Under the pieces are notes generated by a model, which saw nothing but the letters and a program-made list of their open reading frames with translations, made no database searches and had not been told where the DNA came from. From assembly GCA_944387375.1 (NCBI GenBank), contig CALXEQ010000003.1:148969-212968 (forward strand): a stretch of 64,000 nucleotides of DNA. Direction: 5' to 3'. A program made the position numbers and the translations under genes. Shown here piece after piece: positions 19,451 to 29,555 of the stretch (positions are counted from its first letter, which is position 1; each line of letters opens with the position of its first letter). This DNA comes from an uncultured Clostridia bacterium. Lineage in GTDB: Bacteria > Bacillota > Clostridia > TANB77 > CAG-465.

Positions 19451-21546
19451 TTGTCCATTGTTAATGTTCCTGTTGTATTTCCAATTACATTAACTAATTC
19501 ATATCCTGATATCTCCTTTTCCTCAGTTTTATATGAATCTCCTATGTTCCCTTCTTTTTCTACACTAGTCGCTATCTCTTCTTTTGTTACTTGATCTATA
19601 TATTTTACTTCAAGACCATCTGAAGGAATTGTTACATTGACATTTACTGTATTCTCATTTCCAGCAACATCATATATTTTAAATGTATATGTTCCCGGCT
19701 CTGTTACATTATAACTTGTTGTAGCTGTTGTAACTTCACTATTGTCTGGTAAAACTATTTTCGCAACTCCTGATGCATCATCTGTTGCATTAAAGTTTAT
19801 TGTTGCATATCTATTTTGCGATGTAGGTTGAGTAACTGTTCCACTTCCTTGTGGTTTTACCTTATCTATATTTGTAATTGTTATACTCTCCGTTACTGTA
19901 GCACCACTATTATCTGTAGCTGTAAATTCATAAGTTCCATTTACTGGTACAACATACTCAGTTGTTTGTGAATTTACTATAGTTCCATCTGGTCTCTTAA
20001 TACTTACTACTCTACCATCTATATCACTACCTACTGCACTAATTGTTACATCTTGATTTGTCCATTCAGTTGGATTTTGGCTAAGCACTAGCTCTGGTCC
20101 AATATTTGTATATAGTAGCACATGTGTTACTCCACTTACATTTCCTGCTGCATCTATTGTCTTAATATGTAAATATGTCTTTGGTCCATTTCCAATTGTA
20201 TAGTTTATTGAAGTATTTGATGTATCTATAGTATTATCTGGCTCTGTATTTTCATTATTATCTACAACATAACTATATCCTGCAACACCTGATGTATTAA
20301 CAGCTTCTACTGTATTAGAAGTTGTTTTTTCTAATGTTGTTCTTTCAGAAGCTTCTACATAATAATTATATGTTGTTCCATTATCTTTTGCTGTATACTC
20401 AACAGTTCCATTCAATCCATTCAAATTATTATTTGTTACAGTTGGTTTATCTGGAGCATCAATATCTTTGAAATCATTATCTACTGCTGTAGTTTCAGTA
20501 TTAACATCTCCTAAATAGAATAATAAATTAGCCCATATTTTTTGCTCATCAGGAGTTGCTTCACAATTTGAATGTCCTGTTTGAATCATTGCAGCATTAT
20601 TATTTACTGTCAAATAATAATTCCAATTTCCTTGTCCGTACTGATCAGTTATATCTTCTGTACTTGTAAATGTTATTTCAACATTTCCATAAGCCACCTG
20701 TTGTACACAATGACAATGTGGAACTGTAAGTACTGTTCCTGCACTTCCAATATTCCATGGATATGTTGTAAATACATTATTTGTTCTTAAAGTAACTTGT
20801 GTTGTTGGATTTGCACTATTATTTCCATTTATATTTCCGGGATCTTGTCCTTGTACATTAGTAACTCCATCATCTAACGCAGTTTTTATATTAAAATATG
20901 ATCTTAAACTTGCAAAATTTGCACCTCTATTAGCATCTCCTCTTATAGTATCATGTCCCATAACACAGCTATTTCCATCTGCTAAGTATTGTCTCATAAC
21001 TTCAGCTGAAGTTGATGATAAATCTTGACTACCATAAGAATCCCAAGTTCCAAAAACTACAACTTGGTAATTATATTTTCCATTACTATCTTTATATAAA
21101 TATGCTGATGGATTATTATTAAAGTCTGTAATTGAAACTGGAGTTACCTCAATTAGTCCTCTTCCATATCCTCTGCTATCATCACTATTTGCACATTCCA
21201 TCCATTGTTTTAAAGAAGCAGATTTTTTTATTGTTACAGTTTCACCATCATAAGTTGTAAATGTGACATTTTCATTTACTGATGAACTATCTGGATAAAC
21301 ATTTAATACATTTACCTTATTTCCATCATTTTCATTCAAGCTTTTAAATTCGCCACCATTTACACTTTTTTTAATGTCATAATTATATGATTTTACACTA
21401 TCATTATTTACCCATGATAAATTTGCTGTATTTTGATTTGTACTTATTTTTAAATTAATATTTGGTGCAGCTAAAAGTATTCCTGTACCAGTCATAACTA
21501 TTACACATAGTACTATAATTCCTAAAAATAATTTTTTTCTTCTCAT
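16489..21546 (-). CDS. Giant cell-wall-anchored adhesin A: signal peptide, Ig/Fn3-like domains, tandem MucBP array, APQTG sorting signal
   Basis: The probable start is MRRKKLFLGIIVLCVIVMTGTGILLA (ATG at 21544-21546, RBS GGAGAGG), with a 15-aa upstream extension possible. The C-terminal ~1000 aa consist of ~65-70-aa MucBP-type repeats, e.g. VKYIDQVTGEEIATSETLTGLEKDPYETEAKEVSGYKLVLTPTNASGEMTVDKITVTYEYRK. It ends EEAPQTGDINVYMYIVTLGVCGYVISKIFKRKIN, which is a sorting motif, TM segment and basic tail. Confidence 0.8.
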   Translation of the reverse strand: MRRKKLFLGIIVLCVIVMTGTGILLAAPNINLKISTNQNTANLSWVNNDSVKSYNYDIKKSVNGGEFKSLNENDGNKVNVLNVYPDSSSVNENVTFTTYDGETVTIKKSASLKQWMECANSDDSRGYGRGLIEVTPVSITDFNNNPSAYLYKDSNGKYNYQVVVFGTWDSYGSQDLSSTSAEVMRQYLADGNSCVMGHDTIRGDANRGANFASLRSYFNIKTALDDGVTNVQGQDPGNINGNNSANPTTQVTLRTNNVFTTYPWNIGSAGTVLTVPHCHCVQQVAYGNVEITFTSTEDITDQYGQGNWNYYLTVNNNAAMIQTGHSNCEATPDEQKIWANLLFYLGDVNTETTAVDNDFKDIDAPDKPTVTNNNLNGLNGTVEYTAKDNGTTYNYYVEASERTTLEKTTSNTVEAVNTSGVAGYSYVVDNNENTEPDNTIDTSNTSINYTIGNGPKTYLHIKTIDAAGNVSGVTHVLLYTNIGPELVLSQNPTEWTNQDVTISAVGSDIDGRVVSIKRPDGTIVNSQTTEYVVPVNGTYEFTATDNSGATVTESITITNIDKVKPQGSGTVTQPTSQNRYATINFNATDDASGVAKIVLPDNSEVTTATTSYNVTEPGTYTFKIYDVAGNENTVNVNVTIPSDGLEVKYIDQVTKEEIATSVEKEGNIGDSYKTEEKEISGYELVNVIGNTTGTLTMDKITVTYEYRKLSDVTVKYVDENTGKEITGIDNIVTTYKEGDAYTTEKKSIEGYEYTKDSGNTTGKVGRENIEVVYYYKKIAGGVEVKYIDQVTGEEIATSETLTGLEKDPYETEAKEVSGYKLVLTPTNASGEMTVDKITVTYEYRKLSDVIVKYVDENTGKEIPGVDNVVTTYKEGDAYTTEKKNIEGYEYTKDSGNLTGKVGRENIEVVYYYKKTAGGVEVKYIDQVTREEIVTGQTLTGLEKDPYETQAKEVSGYELVLTPSNASGEMTVDKITVTYEYRKLSDVTTRYIDVNTGYDIIEEIVDTYKQGDTYTTEEKGFEGYKMVSKSNNTEGTVEREDIEVVYYYKKISSGVEVRYIDQVTKEIIYPTENITGLENDYYETQSKEIDGYELVVRPENAIGHMTVDKIVVTYGYRKLSDVTVKYIDANTGKSIIDDIVTTYKEGDRYQTEEKILGGYELVSKTDNTSGEVGREDIEVVYEYKKISAGVEVKYIDQVTGQEIAGREEMSGLERDPYETEAKEIEGYELVLTPSNANGEMTVEKIEVTYEYRKTANVIIKHIDGNTGEPIIEDVVTKYKEGDKYEALGQAIEGYTITKEPENKTGEVGREDIIVVYEYKKISEGLVVKYVDEITNEIMDTEEYTGNENDVIKLEEKAFNGYILTKRPEEKEVSLTVEPQEKIFYYRKIVNITIVGIDANTKEEIYTKVQTGIEGNEYQTIPEEMPGYEVSKIPENAQGTYTREDTKVIYEYKKISGGVKVSYIDKETGEILKEYRIDGLVGDKYITEKEEIEKYNYVGVEGEERGELEEQEKEVKYYYEKKIGTVVVIYVDEEGNELYKEEMEGKVDEEYKVEEKEIENYRIKERPENTEGVYKEGTTVIKYVMERIRGTVVVNLIDDEGNIMETINGEGYAGDIYELEIPEKEGYEIVGEKFVKVEIVEGEQVINVYYRKIEEAPQTGDINVYMYIVTLGVCGYVISKIFKRKIN

Positions 21547-21637
21547 ATCAAAACCTCTCCCCAATATTTTTCTACATAATATACATATCATAAAACAAAA
21601 AATTATTCAATAATTGATACTATCTTTTATATTTTTT

Positions 21638-21680
21638 AAACAAAAAACCTAATTATCACTTTAAATATGATAACTAGGTT
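21638..21680 (-). terminator. Rho-independent terminator downstream of adhesin gene B
   Basis: Stem AACCTAATTATC (21646-21657) / GATAACTAGGTT (21669-21680) has one mismatch. The A6 run at 21642-21647 gives the U-tract on the minus transcript. Confidence 0.45.
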
Positions 21681-21688
21681 AATTTTAT

Positions 21689-24650
21689 TTAATTGATTTT
21701 TGCTTTTAAAATTTTACTTAATACATATCCACATATAACTATTGTTCCTATGTATATATATATATTCATATCTCCTGTTTGTGGAGCTTCTTCTATTTTT
21801 TCATACACTACATTTATTACTTGTTCTCCTTCTATATATTTTACTTTTATTTCTTCATTTTCTACCACTCTATATCCTTCTATCTCTGGTGCTTTCAAGT
21901 CATATTCTTCTCCCACATATCCTTCTACTCTTTCTTGATCTTTTAATTTATTTCCTTCTTTATCTACAAAATTTACTATTACTGTTCCTCTTATTCTCTC
22001 CATTACATATTTTACTACTATTCTTCCTTCCTCATACACTCCTTGTGCATTTTCTGGTCTTTCTTTTATTCTGTAATTTTCTATTTCTTTTTCTTCTACT
22101 TTATATTCTTCATCTACTTTTCCTTCCATCTCTTCTTTGTATAATTCTTTTCCTTCTTCATCTACATATATTACTTCTACTATTCCTCTTTTTTTCTCAT
22201 AATAGTATTTTACTTCCTTTTCTTTTTCCTCTAATTCTCCTCTTTCTTCTCCTTCTACTCCTACATAATTATATTTTTCTATTTCTTCTTTTTCTGTTTT
22301 ATATTTATCTCCTACTAGTCCATCTATTCTATATTCTTTTAATACTTCTCCTGTTTCCTTATCTATATAGCTTACCTTTACTCCTCCTGATATCTTTTTA
22401 TACTCATATACTACTTTTGTTTCTTCTCTTGTATATGTTCCTTGTGCATTTTCTGGTACTTTCGATACCTCATATCCTGGTATCTCTTCTGGTATTGTTT
22501 GATATTCATTTCCTTCTATTCCTGTTTGTACTTTCGTATATATTTCTTCTTTTGTATTTGCATCTATTCCAACTATTGTTATATTTACTATCTTTCTATA
22601 ATAGAATATTTTCTCTTGTGGCTCTACTGTTAAACTTACCTCTTTTTCTTCTGGTCTTTTTGTTAATATATATCCATTAAATGCTTTCTCTTCTAATTTT
22701 ATTACATCATTTTCATTTCCTGTATATTCTTCTGTATCCATTATTTCATTTGTTATCTCATCTACATATTTTACTACTAATCCTTCTGATATTTTCTTAT
22801 ATTCGTATACTACTATTATATCTTCTCTTCCTACTTCTCCTGTCTTATTTTCTGGCTCTTTTGTTATTGTATATCCTTCTATAGATTGACCTAATGCCTC
22901 ATATTTATCTCCCTCTTTATATTTTGTTACTACATCTTCTATTATTTTTTCTCCTGTATTTCCATCTATATGTTCTATTATTACATTTGCTATCTTTCTA
23001 TACTCATATGTTACTGTTATTTTGTCTACTGTCATCTCTCCGCTTGCATTTGCAGGTGTTAATACTAATTCATATCCTTCTACTTCTTTTGCTTGTGTTT
23101 CATATGGATCTTTTTCTAATCCACTCATTTCTTCTTTTGGTGCTATCTCTTCTCCTGTTACTTGATCTATATATTTTACTTCCACTCCGCCTGCTATCTT
23201 TTTATATTCATATATTACTTCTATATCTTCTCTTCCTACTTCTCCTTCTGTGTTATCTGTTTTTGATACTAGTTCATATCCACCAAATATTTTTTCTTCT
23301 GTTTGATATCTATCTCCTTCTTTATATGTTGTTACTATATCGCCTACTATTGATTTTCCTGTATTTGCATCTATATATTTTACTGTTACATCTGATAATT
23401 TTCTATATTCATATGTTACTACTATTTTATCTACTGTCATTTTTCCTATTGCATTTTCAGGTGTTACTACTAGTTCATATCCATCTATTTCTTTGGATTG
23501 TGTTTCATAATAGTCATTTTCTAATCCTGTTATATTCTCTGTTGGATATATTATTTCTTTTGTTACTTGATCTATATATCTTACCTCTACTCCTGATGAT
23601 ATCTTCTTATAATAATACACTACTTCTATATCTTCTCTTTCTACTGTTCCTTCTGTATTATTTGATTTTGATACCATTTTGTATCCTTCAAATCCTTTTT
23701 CTTCTGTTGTATATTTATCTCCTTCTTTATATGTATCTACTATCTCTTCTATTATATCGTATCCTGTATTTACATCTATATATCTTGTTGTTACATTTGA
23801 TAGCTTTCTATATTCATATGCTACTGTTATCTTTTCTACTGTCATCTCTCCACTTGCATTTGCAGGTGTTAGTACTAGTTCATATCCACTCACTTTTTTT
23901 GCTTGTGTCTCATATGGATCTTTTTCTAATCCTGTTAATGTTTGCCCTGTTGCTATCTCTTCTCCTGTTACTTGATCTATATATTTTACTTCTACTCCGC
24001 CTGCTATCTTTTTGTAATAATATACTACTTCTATATCTTCTCTTCCTACTTTTCCTGTTGTGTTGCCACTATCTTTTGTATACTGATATCCCTCTATATT
24101 TTTCTTTTCTGTTGTATATGCATCTCCTTCTTTGTATGTTGTTACCACATTTTCTATTTCTGGAATTTCTTTTCCTGTATTTTCATCTACATATTTTACT
24201 GTTACATCTGATAGTTTCCTATACTCATATGTTACTGTTATTTTATCTACTGTCATCTCTCCATTTGCATTTGCAGGTGTTAGTACTAATTCATATCCAC
24301 TTACTTCTTTAGCCTCTGTTTCATATGGATCTTTTTCTAATCCTGTTAGTGTCTCACTTGTTGCTATTTCTTCACCTGTTACTTGATCTATATATTTTAC
24401 TTCTACTCCTCCTGCTATTTTCTTGTAATAATATACTACTTCTATATTTTCTCTTCCTACTTTTCCTGTTGTATTTCCACTATCTTTTGTATACTCATAT
24501 CCTTCTATGCTTTTCTTTTCTGTTGTATATGCATCCCCTTCTTTATATGTTGTTACTATATTATCTATTCCTGTAATTTCTTTTCCTGTATTTTCATCTA
24601 CATATTTTACTGTTACATCTGATAGCTTTCTATACTCATATGTTACTGTT
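21689..24650 (-). repeat. ~3-kb block near-identical to 16489-19450 (3' MucBP/anchor region of adhesin B); further MucBP copies continue to ~25250
   Basis: See the partner block. Gene B additionally carries extra internal MucBP copies (24650-25250) that are related but not identical. Confidence 0.8.
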
Positions 24651-27600
24651 ATTTTTTCTACTGTCATTTCTCCTCTTGCATTTGTAGGTGTTAGTACTAG
24701 TTCATATCCATTTACTTCTTTTGCTTGTGTTTCATACGGTTCTTTTTCTAATCCACTTATTGTCTCATTTGGTGCTATTTCTTCTCCTGTCACTTGATCT
24801 ATATATTTTACTTCTACTCCTCCTGCTGTCTTTTTATAATAATATACTACTTCTATATTTTCTCTTCCTACTTCTCCTTCTGTATTTCCACTATCTCTTG
24901 TATATTCATATCCTTCTATATTTTTCTTTTCTGTTGTATAAGCATCCCCTTCTTTGTATGTTGTTACTACATTGTCTACTCCTGGAATTTCTTTTCCTGT
25001 ATTTTCATCTACATATTTTACTGTTACATCTGATAGTTTTCTATACTCATATGTTACAATAATTTTATCTACATTATATCTACCACTTGCATTTGAAGGT
25101 ATACTATCTAATATATACCCATCTATACTTTTTGAAATAGTTGTATACTCTGCTCCAACTTTTCCTGTATAATTGTCTCTAGTAGAAATTTCATTTCCAT
25201 TTTTATCCACATATCTTACTTCAACAGATGATTCCATGTTTAATACATTTTTTATAGTATATATATTTTCTTTATCTCCAGTTTGTGTATTATTATAATT
25301 GTTTACACTATTTTCAGTAACGGTATATGTGTTGTTTACTTTTTTTGAATCATTACCATATAATAGTCCATACACAACTAGATTTCCATTATCCTCTTTA
25401 TATCCTGGAAAGCTATATGAATTTATATTAGAAGCAATATTTGCATTATCTACTTTTGTTCCATTTTTATTTAAACTTACATTAATAAAATCTGGTCTGG
25501 TATTATATTCGTTTTCATAATCTTCCCATACTTTAGTTACATCAATTTTTTCTAGGCCATATGGTAATTTAGGTGATTCTTTTGTTAAAGTTCTAGATTC
25601 AGAATTATAATATCCACCTTCAATACTATATGTTAATTTTGCTCCATTTTCTTCTGGTGTATCTAAATTTGTTTCATATAATGTATCATTTGATGTTTTT
25701 CTATACTCATCTTTTAACTTTACATATATACTAGCACTATATTCTTGTGTATTACTACTTGTATTATCTGGAATATTCCAAGTAATAGTATCTCCTGATA
25801 AAGTTACATTTTCAGGAAGTTTATATGTTCCAGAATTTAAAACTTCAAAATATTCAGAATTTATTTTATCTGCATAAACTTTATTTATAGCTTTTATTGA
25901 ATCTCTATTAAGTGAATAATTTATAAAATCGTTAACAGCTTTATCTATATTATTACTTTGTAAATATAAATACTTATCTCCCATTCTATATATATCAGAT
26001 GTTGTAGATGCATTATAGTCTGCTGATACAGAGTATAATTCAAAATCATATTGAGATTTTAATTCTTGTACCGCATCCATACAGCTATCATCATTTTCAC
26101 CATCAGTTATAAATATAACTTTTAATTCTTTATCTCCTTTATATGAAGATATTATTTCTTTTGCTTTTTCGATAGGTGGAACATAATTAGTTCCAACGTA
26201 TTGCGTAGAATTATTAACAAATTCTTTTAATTTTTCACCAGTTGTAAATGTATTAGATTTTACTACATCTCCAGCAAAAGCTATATAAGCAAATTTTGTA
26301 TTGGAATCATATTTTAATGTTTCATCTACAAATTGATTTATCATTTTCTGAGAAGTATCTAAACTAGAATAACATCCGTTTTCTCTACTATACATAAAAT
26401 CTTTTGGAGCTGATAAATTAAATGTTTGGATTACGTCACCTTTCCAATTTTTCTTTTTATATGTTTGACTTGTATAATTTAATAAAATATCATCTGATGT
26501 ATCATTAGGAGTACCATTATTATCATAATGATATGCATTTCTCCTAGATTCTAAATTATCAGGAGCTCCTGGCTTTAATTTACTATAATGATTTGGATTT
26601 TTACAACCAATGTTAACAATTTCTGATACATCTATATTATACGTACCAGGTTCATATCCATTAACTGTAACAATTGGCATACTTCCAGAAACATCATATA
26701 TTATTAAATAATCTGACAAGTCTACTTTTTCTTCAACTGTATCTATTTCTTTTAGATTTATTTTTGCGATACCATTTTCTATATCCACCCATTCAGCAGT
26801 CTTATCCATTGTAACATTAGGTTCTGTTTTTAACAATTTCTTATATTGATATACAACAGTTATGGGACTATCTGTAATATATCCTGATTTATTGTAAGGT
26901 GTAGACGCTAAAACATAACCATCAATATCAACAGGATCTGTATTATATTCTTCATTTACATATCCTTTAATTTGCTTACTAGTGGCTATTTCATTTCCAT
27001 CCTCATCTACATATTTAACAGTTATTGGTACTTGACTTCTTTGTAGAGTATTAGTAATTGTTGTACCACTTACATTTGATATGTATTTATCATACGAATT
27101 TATTACTATATCCTCTTCTTTTACTGTGTAAACATATTCATCACCAGCCGCATCATACTTTGGAAGTCCTTCAATAGTTTCTTTCCAATTATCAGAAGAG
27201 CTAATAGTATATGTAGCATATTCTTTATCTCCCTGTAATAGTTTTACTGTTATCTTACTAGGTCTTAAAGAATATTTATTATTTTGATCATTCCAAATTT
27301 TACTTATAGTAATATCTGTAGTAACTTCAACCTCTTGCTTTCCATTGTTACCAAGTGTAACAGTTATATCTCTTCCATCTTTACTAAATGTACTAACATT
27401 TGAATATGTTTCTGTTATATTTTCTTTTTTAAAAACATTACTTGGTAAAGTATTATAATATGTATTATTTTCTGTTATTGTAAATAAAGATATTGTACTA
27501 TTAGAACCATTAGTGCTCCATTTATTAGTATAAAAATTAAATTTATTACTTGTAGAATTATATGCACCATTATCTACAAGTGATTTTACAACTTGTGAAT

Positions 27601-29305
27601 CCATCAAATTTAAATCACTTTTTAAGCCAACAGTAAATACAACTCTTATTAAAGAAGTGTTATATTTTTCTGGTACTTTTACATATACTTCATTTCCATT
27701 TAATTGTAAAGTAAAATCTTCTAATTCATTGAAATTATATGTTTTTACTCCTGAATTTTGTGATATAGAGTTATACTTATATAATACCCCATCCTTTACT
27801 ATTCCTAATACATCTTTAAGCTCCATATAGTCACCTAGTGTATCTATAAATTGTATATCTCCACATGCATTTGAAATCATATCTTTTGTCATATCATTAA
27901 ATATTGTACTAAGATCTGATACATTGTTAGCAGTACTGTATTTTGCATAATTATAATCTGTTGTTCCAGTATTATTTCTTATAACGACACCATCAGAAGA
28001 TGTAACACTTGAACTTTGACTAGAAAATAACTGTTTTATTTTATTAGCTGTATTTTGTACATCTGTATCTGAAAAGCTATTATTTAATGAATCAGGATTT
28101 AATAAAACATTAATCCATTGTGAATCTAAAGTCATAGCTGTAGTATAAATTGAAGCATTTCCAAATTTATTTATTAATTGCTCTTTACAATAAACCGAAG
28201 TAGCAAATGTTACAAGACTTATGTCTGGTAAATCAAGTGCAATTTCACTATATTCTACAGGATATGCACTCCAAGTATCATTTTGTGAATTGTAATTATA
28301 TACTCTAACATATCTTTCAGATAAATTTCCTGTATAGTTATAATTATTTACCTTAGAAGCCATATTAGCCTCTCCATCAGTTAATAACATTATTACAGGA
28401 TCATGATTTGAATCAGAATTATTCAGCAATAATTCTGTTCCTTTAGACATTCCCATTTGAGTATATGTCCCACTCCAACCACCATATACTTTAACTTTAT
28501 CTAAACTTTCATTACCATTTTTTAAGCCTGTATTACTCTCTAATCTAAAAGAATATGTTATGCCATCAGAATATGTACTTTCTCTTATTGTTGGATCAGA
28601 TATATTATCTAAAACGCTTCTATATTCTTTATCTGGTGCTAATTCTTTTTCATAAGCACTTTCATACATAGAAATATATTTTCCTGTTATTATTTCTCCA
28701 CCTTTATATGTTCCATTTTCCATATTACCAGTTCCAGCTTTTACAGTATATGAAATATCTTCTGTCCATGAACTATTTGTGTAATGTCCAAGTGGTAATA
28801 ATACGTTTGTCATATTTCCACCTATAATTTGTCCATTTACATCGCCATAATGAACATATCCGCCACTATATGTCAAAACTGCTACTCTATTCTGCTCATT
28901 TGCATCTAATATTTTTTGGATACATTCATTTATAGCCATAACCATATCATCCATACATTTATTTCCTGTAGTAGTACCATATTTAGAATTTCCAGTCGAT
29001 TGTGTAACATCAAGTACAAAAACAACATCAACTGGTTTTTGATTTTCTACGCACTGTTTTGTCATAGTAGTTAATTGTACAATATAATCATTACTAGTAA
29101 AATTATTTCCATCTACTACTACTTCCTGCCTTGAAACAGACTTATCTACAAATACTTGTCCATTAACAAGGCTTGGCACTGTCGTTGTTTGCACATCAGT
29201 TTTATACGTATTATTTATTGTATCTTTAGCATTTACTGTAGTCATAAAACTAGTAAAAATACAAAATAACAATAATATTATTTTAAATTTTAACTTTTTT
29301 TTCAT
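21689..29305 (-). CDS. Giant cell-wall-anchored adhesin B: signal peptide, two vWA domains, CnaB-like domains, tandem MucBP array, APQTG sorting signal
   Basis: 2538 aa with signal peptide MKKKLKFKIILLLFCIFTSFMTTVNA. vWA/MIDAS-like motifs are DVVFVLDVTQSTG and DLSDYLIIYDVSGSM. CnaB-like segments include KIWNDQNNKYSLRPSKITVKLLQGD and KVWEDYENEYNTRPDFINVSLNKNG. A long MucBP array follows, and the protein ends EEAPQTGDMNIYIYIGTIVICGYVLSKILKAKIN. Confidence 0.85.
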   Translation of the reverse strand: MKKKLKFKIILLLFCIFTSFMTTVNAKDTINNTYKTDVQTTTVPSLVNGQVFVDKSVSRQEVVVDGNNFTSNDYIVQLTTMTKQCVENQKPVDVVFVLDVTQSTGNSKYGTTTGNKCMDDMVMAINECIQKILDANEQNRVAVLTYSGGYVHYGDVNGQIIGGNMTNVLLPLGHYTNSSWTEDISYTVKAGTGNMENGTYKGGEIITGKYISMYESAYEKELAPDKEYRSVLDNISDPTIRESTYSDGITYSFRLESNTGLKNGNESLDKVKVYGGWSGTYTQMGMSKGTELLLNNSDSNHDPVIMLLTDGEANMASKVNNYNYTGNLSERYVRVYNYNSQNDTWSAYPVEYSEIALDLPDISLVTFATSVYCKEQLINKFGNASIYTTAMTLDSQWINVLLNPDSLNNSFSDTDVQNTANKIKQLFSSQSSSVTSSDGVVIRNNTGTTDYNYAKYSTANNVSDLSTIFNDMTKDMISNACGDIQFIDTLGDYMELKDVLGIVKDGVLYKYNSISQNSGVKTYNFNELEDFTLQLNGNEVYVKVPEKYNTSLIRVVFTVGLKSDLNLMDSQVVKSLVDNGAYNSTSNKFNFYTNKWSTNGSNSTISLFTITENNTYYNTLPSNVFKKENITETYSNVSTFSKDGRDITVTLGNNGKQEVEVTTDITISKIWNDQNNKYSLRPSKITVKLLQGDKEYATYTISSSDNWKETIEGLPKYDAAGDEYVYTVKEEDIVINSYDKYISNVSGTTITNTLQRSQVPITVKYVDEDGNEIATSKQIKGYVNEEYNTDPVDIDGYVLASTPYNKSGYITDSPITVVYQYKKLLKTEPNVTMDKTAEWVDIENGIAKINLKEIDTVEEKVDLSDYLIIYDVSGSMPIVTVNGYEPGTYNIDVSEIVNIGCKNPNHYSKLKPGAPDNLESRRNAYHYDNNGTPNDTSDDILLNYTSQTYKKKNWKGDVIQTFNLSAPKDFMYSRENGCYSSLDTSQKMINQFVDETLKYDSNTKFAYIAFAGDVVKSNTFTTGEKLKEFVNNSTQYVGTNYVPPIEKAKEIISSYKGDKELKVIFITDGENDDSCMDAVQELKSQYDFELYSVSADYNASTTSDIYRMGDKYLYLQSNNIDKAVNDFINYSLNRDSIKAINKVYADKINSEYFEVLNSGTYKLPENVTLSGDTITWNIPDNTSSNTQEYSASIYVKLKDEYRKTSNDTLYETNLDTPEENGAKLTYSIEGGYYNSESRTLTKESPKLPYGLEKIDVTKVWEDYENEYNTRPDFINVSLNKNGTKVDNANIASNINSYSFPGYKEDNGNLVVYGLLYGNDSKKVNNTYTVTENSVNNYNNTQTGDKENIYTIKNVLNMESSVEVRYVDKNGNEISTRDNYTGKVGAEYTTISKSIDGYILDSIPSNASGRYNVDKIIVTYEYRKLSDVTVKYVDENTGKEIPGVDNVVTTYKEGDAYTTEKKNIEGYEYTRDSGNTEGEVGRENIEVVYYYKKTAGGVEVKYIDQVTGEEIAPNETISGLEKEPYETQAKEVNGYELVLTPTNARGEMTVEKITVTYEYRKLSDVTVKYVDENTGKEITGIDNIVTTYKEGDAYTTEKKSIEGYEYTKDSGNTTGKVGRENIEVVYYYKKIAGGVEVKYIDQVTGEEIATSETLTGLEKDPYETEAKEVSGYELVLTPANANGEMTVDKITVTYEYRKLSDVTVKYVDENTGKEIPEIENVVTTYKEGDAYTTEKKNIEGYQYTKDSGNTTGKVGREDIEVVYYYKKIAGGVEVKYIDQVTGEEIATGQTLTGLEKDPYETQAKKVSGYELVLTPANASGEMTVEKITVAYEYRKLSNVTTRYIDVNTGYDIIEEIVDTYKEGDKYTTEEKGFEGYKMVSKSNNTEGTVEREDIEVVYYYKKISSGVEVRYIDQVTKEIIYPTENITGLENDYYETQSKEIDGYELVVTPENAIGKMTVDKIVVTYEYRKLSDVTVKYIDANTGKSIVGDIVTTYKEGDRYQTEEKIFGGYELVSKTDNTEGEVGREDIEVIYEYKKIAGGVEVKYIDQVTGEEIAPKEEMSGLEKDPYETQAKEVEGYELVLTPANASGEMTVDKITVTYEYRKIANVIIEHIDGNTGEKIIEDVVTKYKEGDKYEALGQSIEGYTITKEPENKTGEVGREDIIVVYEYKKISEGLVVKYVDEITNEIMDTEEYTGNENDVIKLEEKAFNGYILTKRPEEKEVSLTVEPQEKIFYYRKIVNITIVGIDANTKEEIYTKVQTGIEGNEYQTIPEEIPGYEVSKVPENAQGTYTREETKVVYEYKKISGGVKVSYIDKETGEVLKEYRIDGLVGDKYKTEKEEIEKYNYVGVEGEERGELEEKEKEVKYYYEKKRGIVEVIYVDEEGKELYKEEMEGKVDEEYKVEEKEIENYRIKERPENAQGVYEEGRIVVKYVMERIRGTVIVNFVDKEGNKLKDQERVEGYVGEEYDLKAPEIEGYRVVENEEIKVKYIEGEQVINVVYEKIEEAPQTGDMNIYIYIGTIVICGYVLSKILKAKIN

Positions 29306-29489
29306 AATATCACCTATATAAATATTAACACATATATATTTTTTTCTCTTTATTTATAGATGCTTTTAGTATATTTTTTCGATTTTTTTTCATGCAAATT
29401 ATTTTTTTGTTACATACAAATAACAAAAAGTTTTCTTTTTATAAATAAATTTCCACCAGACTAGCTGAACTTGTCAACAAAAAGTAGAC

Positions 29490-29522
29490 ACAAAAAATCA
29501 AGAAATAGATTCTTGATTTTTT
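29490..29522 (-). terminator. Bidirectional rho-independent terminator after the Ham1-like/pcrA unit
   Basis: Stem AATCAAGAA (29496-29504) / TTCTTGATT (29510-29518) with a 5-nt loop. There is an A-run at 29492-29497 and a T-run at 29517-29523. Confidence 0.5.
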
Positions 29523-29555
29523 ATTTACTTTTAAATATACCTAATTTTAATTATC

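Noticed and set aside
16581-19594. Cluster of plus-strand ORFs with Leu/Phe-rich translations (MVLLLSFYNIHLL..., MLSLLILLHH...), with a matching cluster at 21742-25172
   Set aside because: They are antisense to the AT-rich, codon-biased MucBP repeat region of the two minus-strand adhesin genes. Their low-complexity poly-Leu translations and exact duplication at the 5.2-kb offset show they are frame artefacts of the repeat, not genes.
16489-25250. Highly regular tandem repeats that could be mistaken for a CRISPR array or satellite
   Set aside because: Repeat units are ~200-400 nt and in-frame within continuous ORFs, encoding MucBP protein domains. There are no short 25-40-nt direct repeats with unique spacers.
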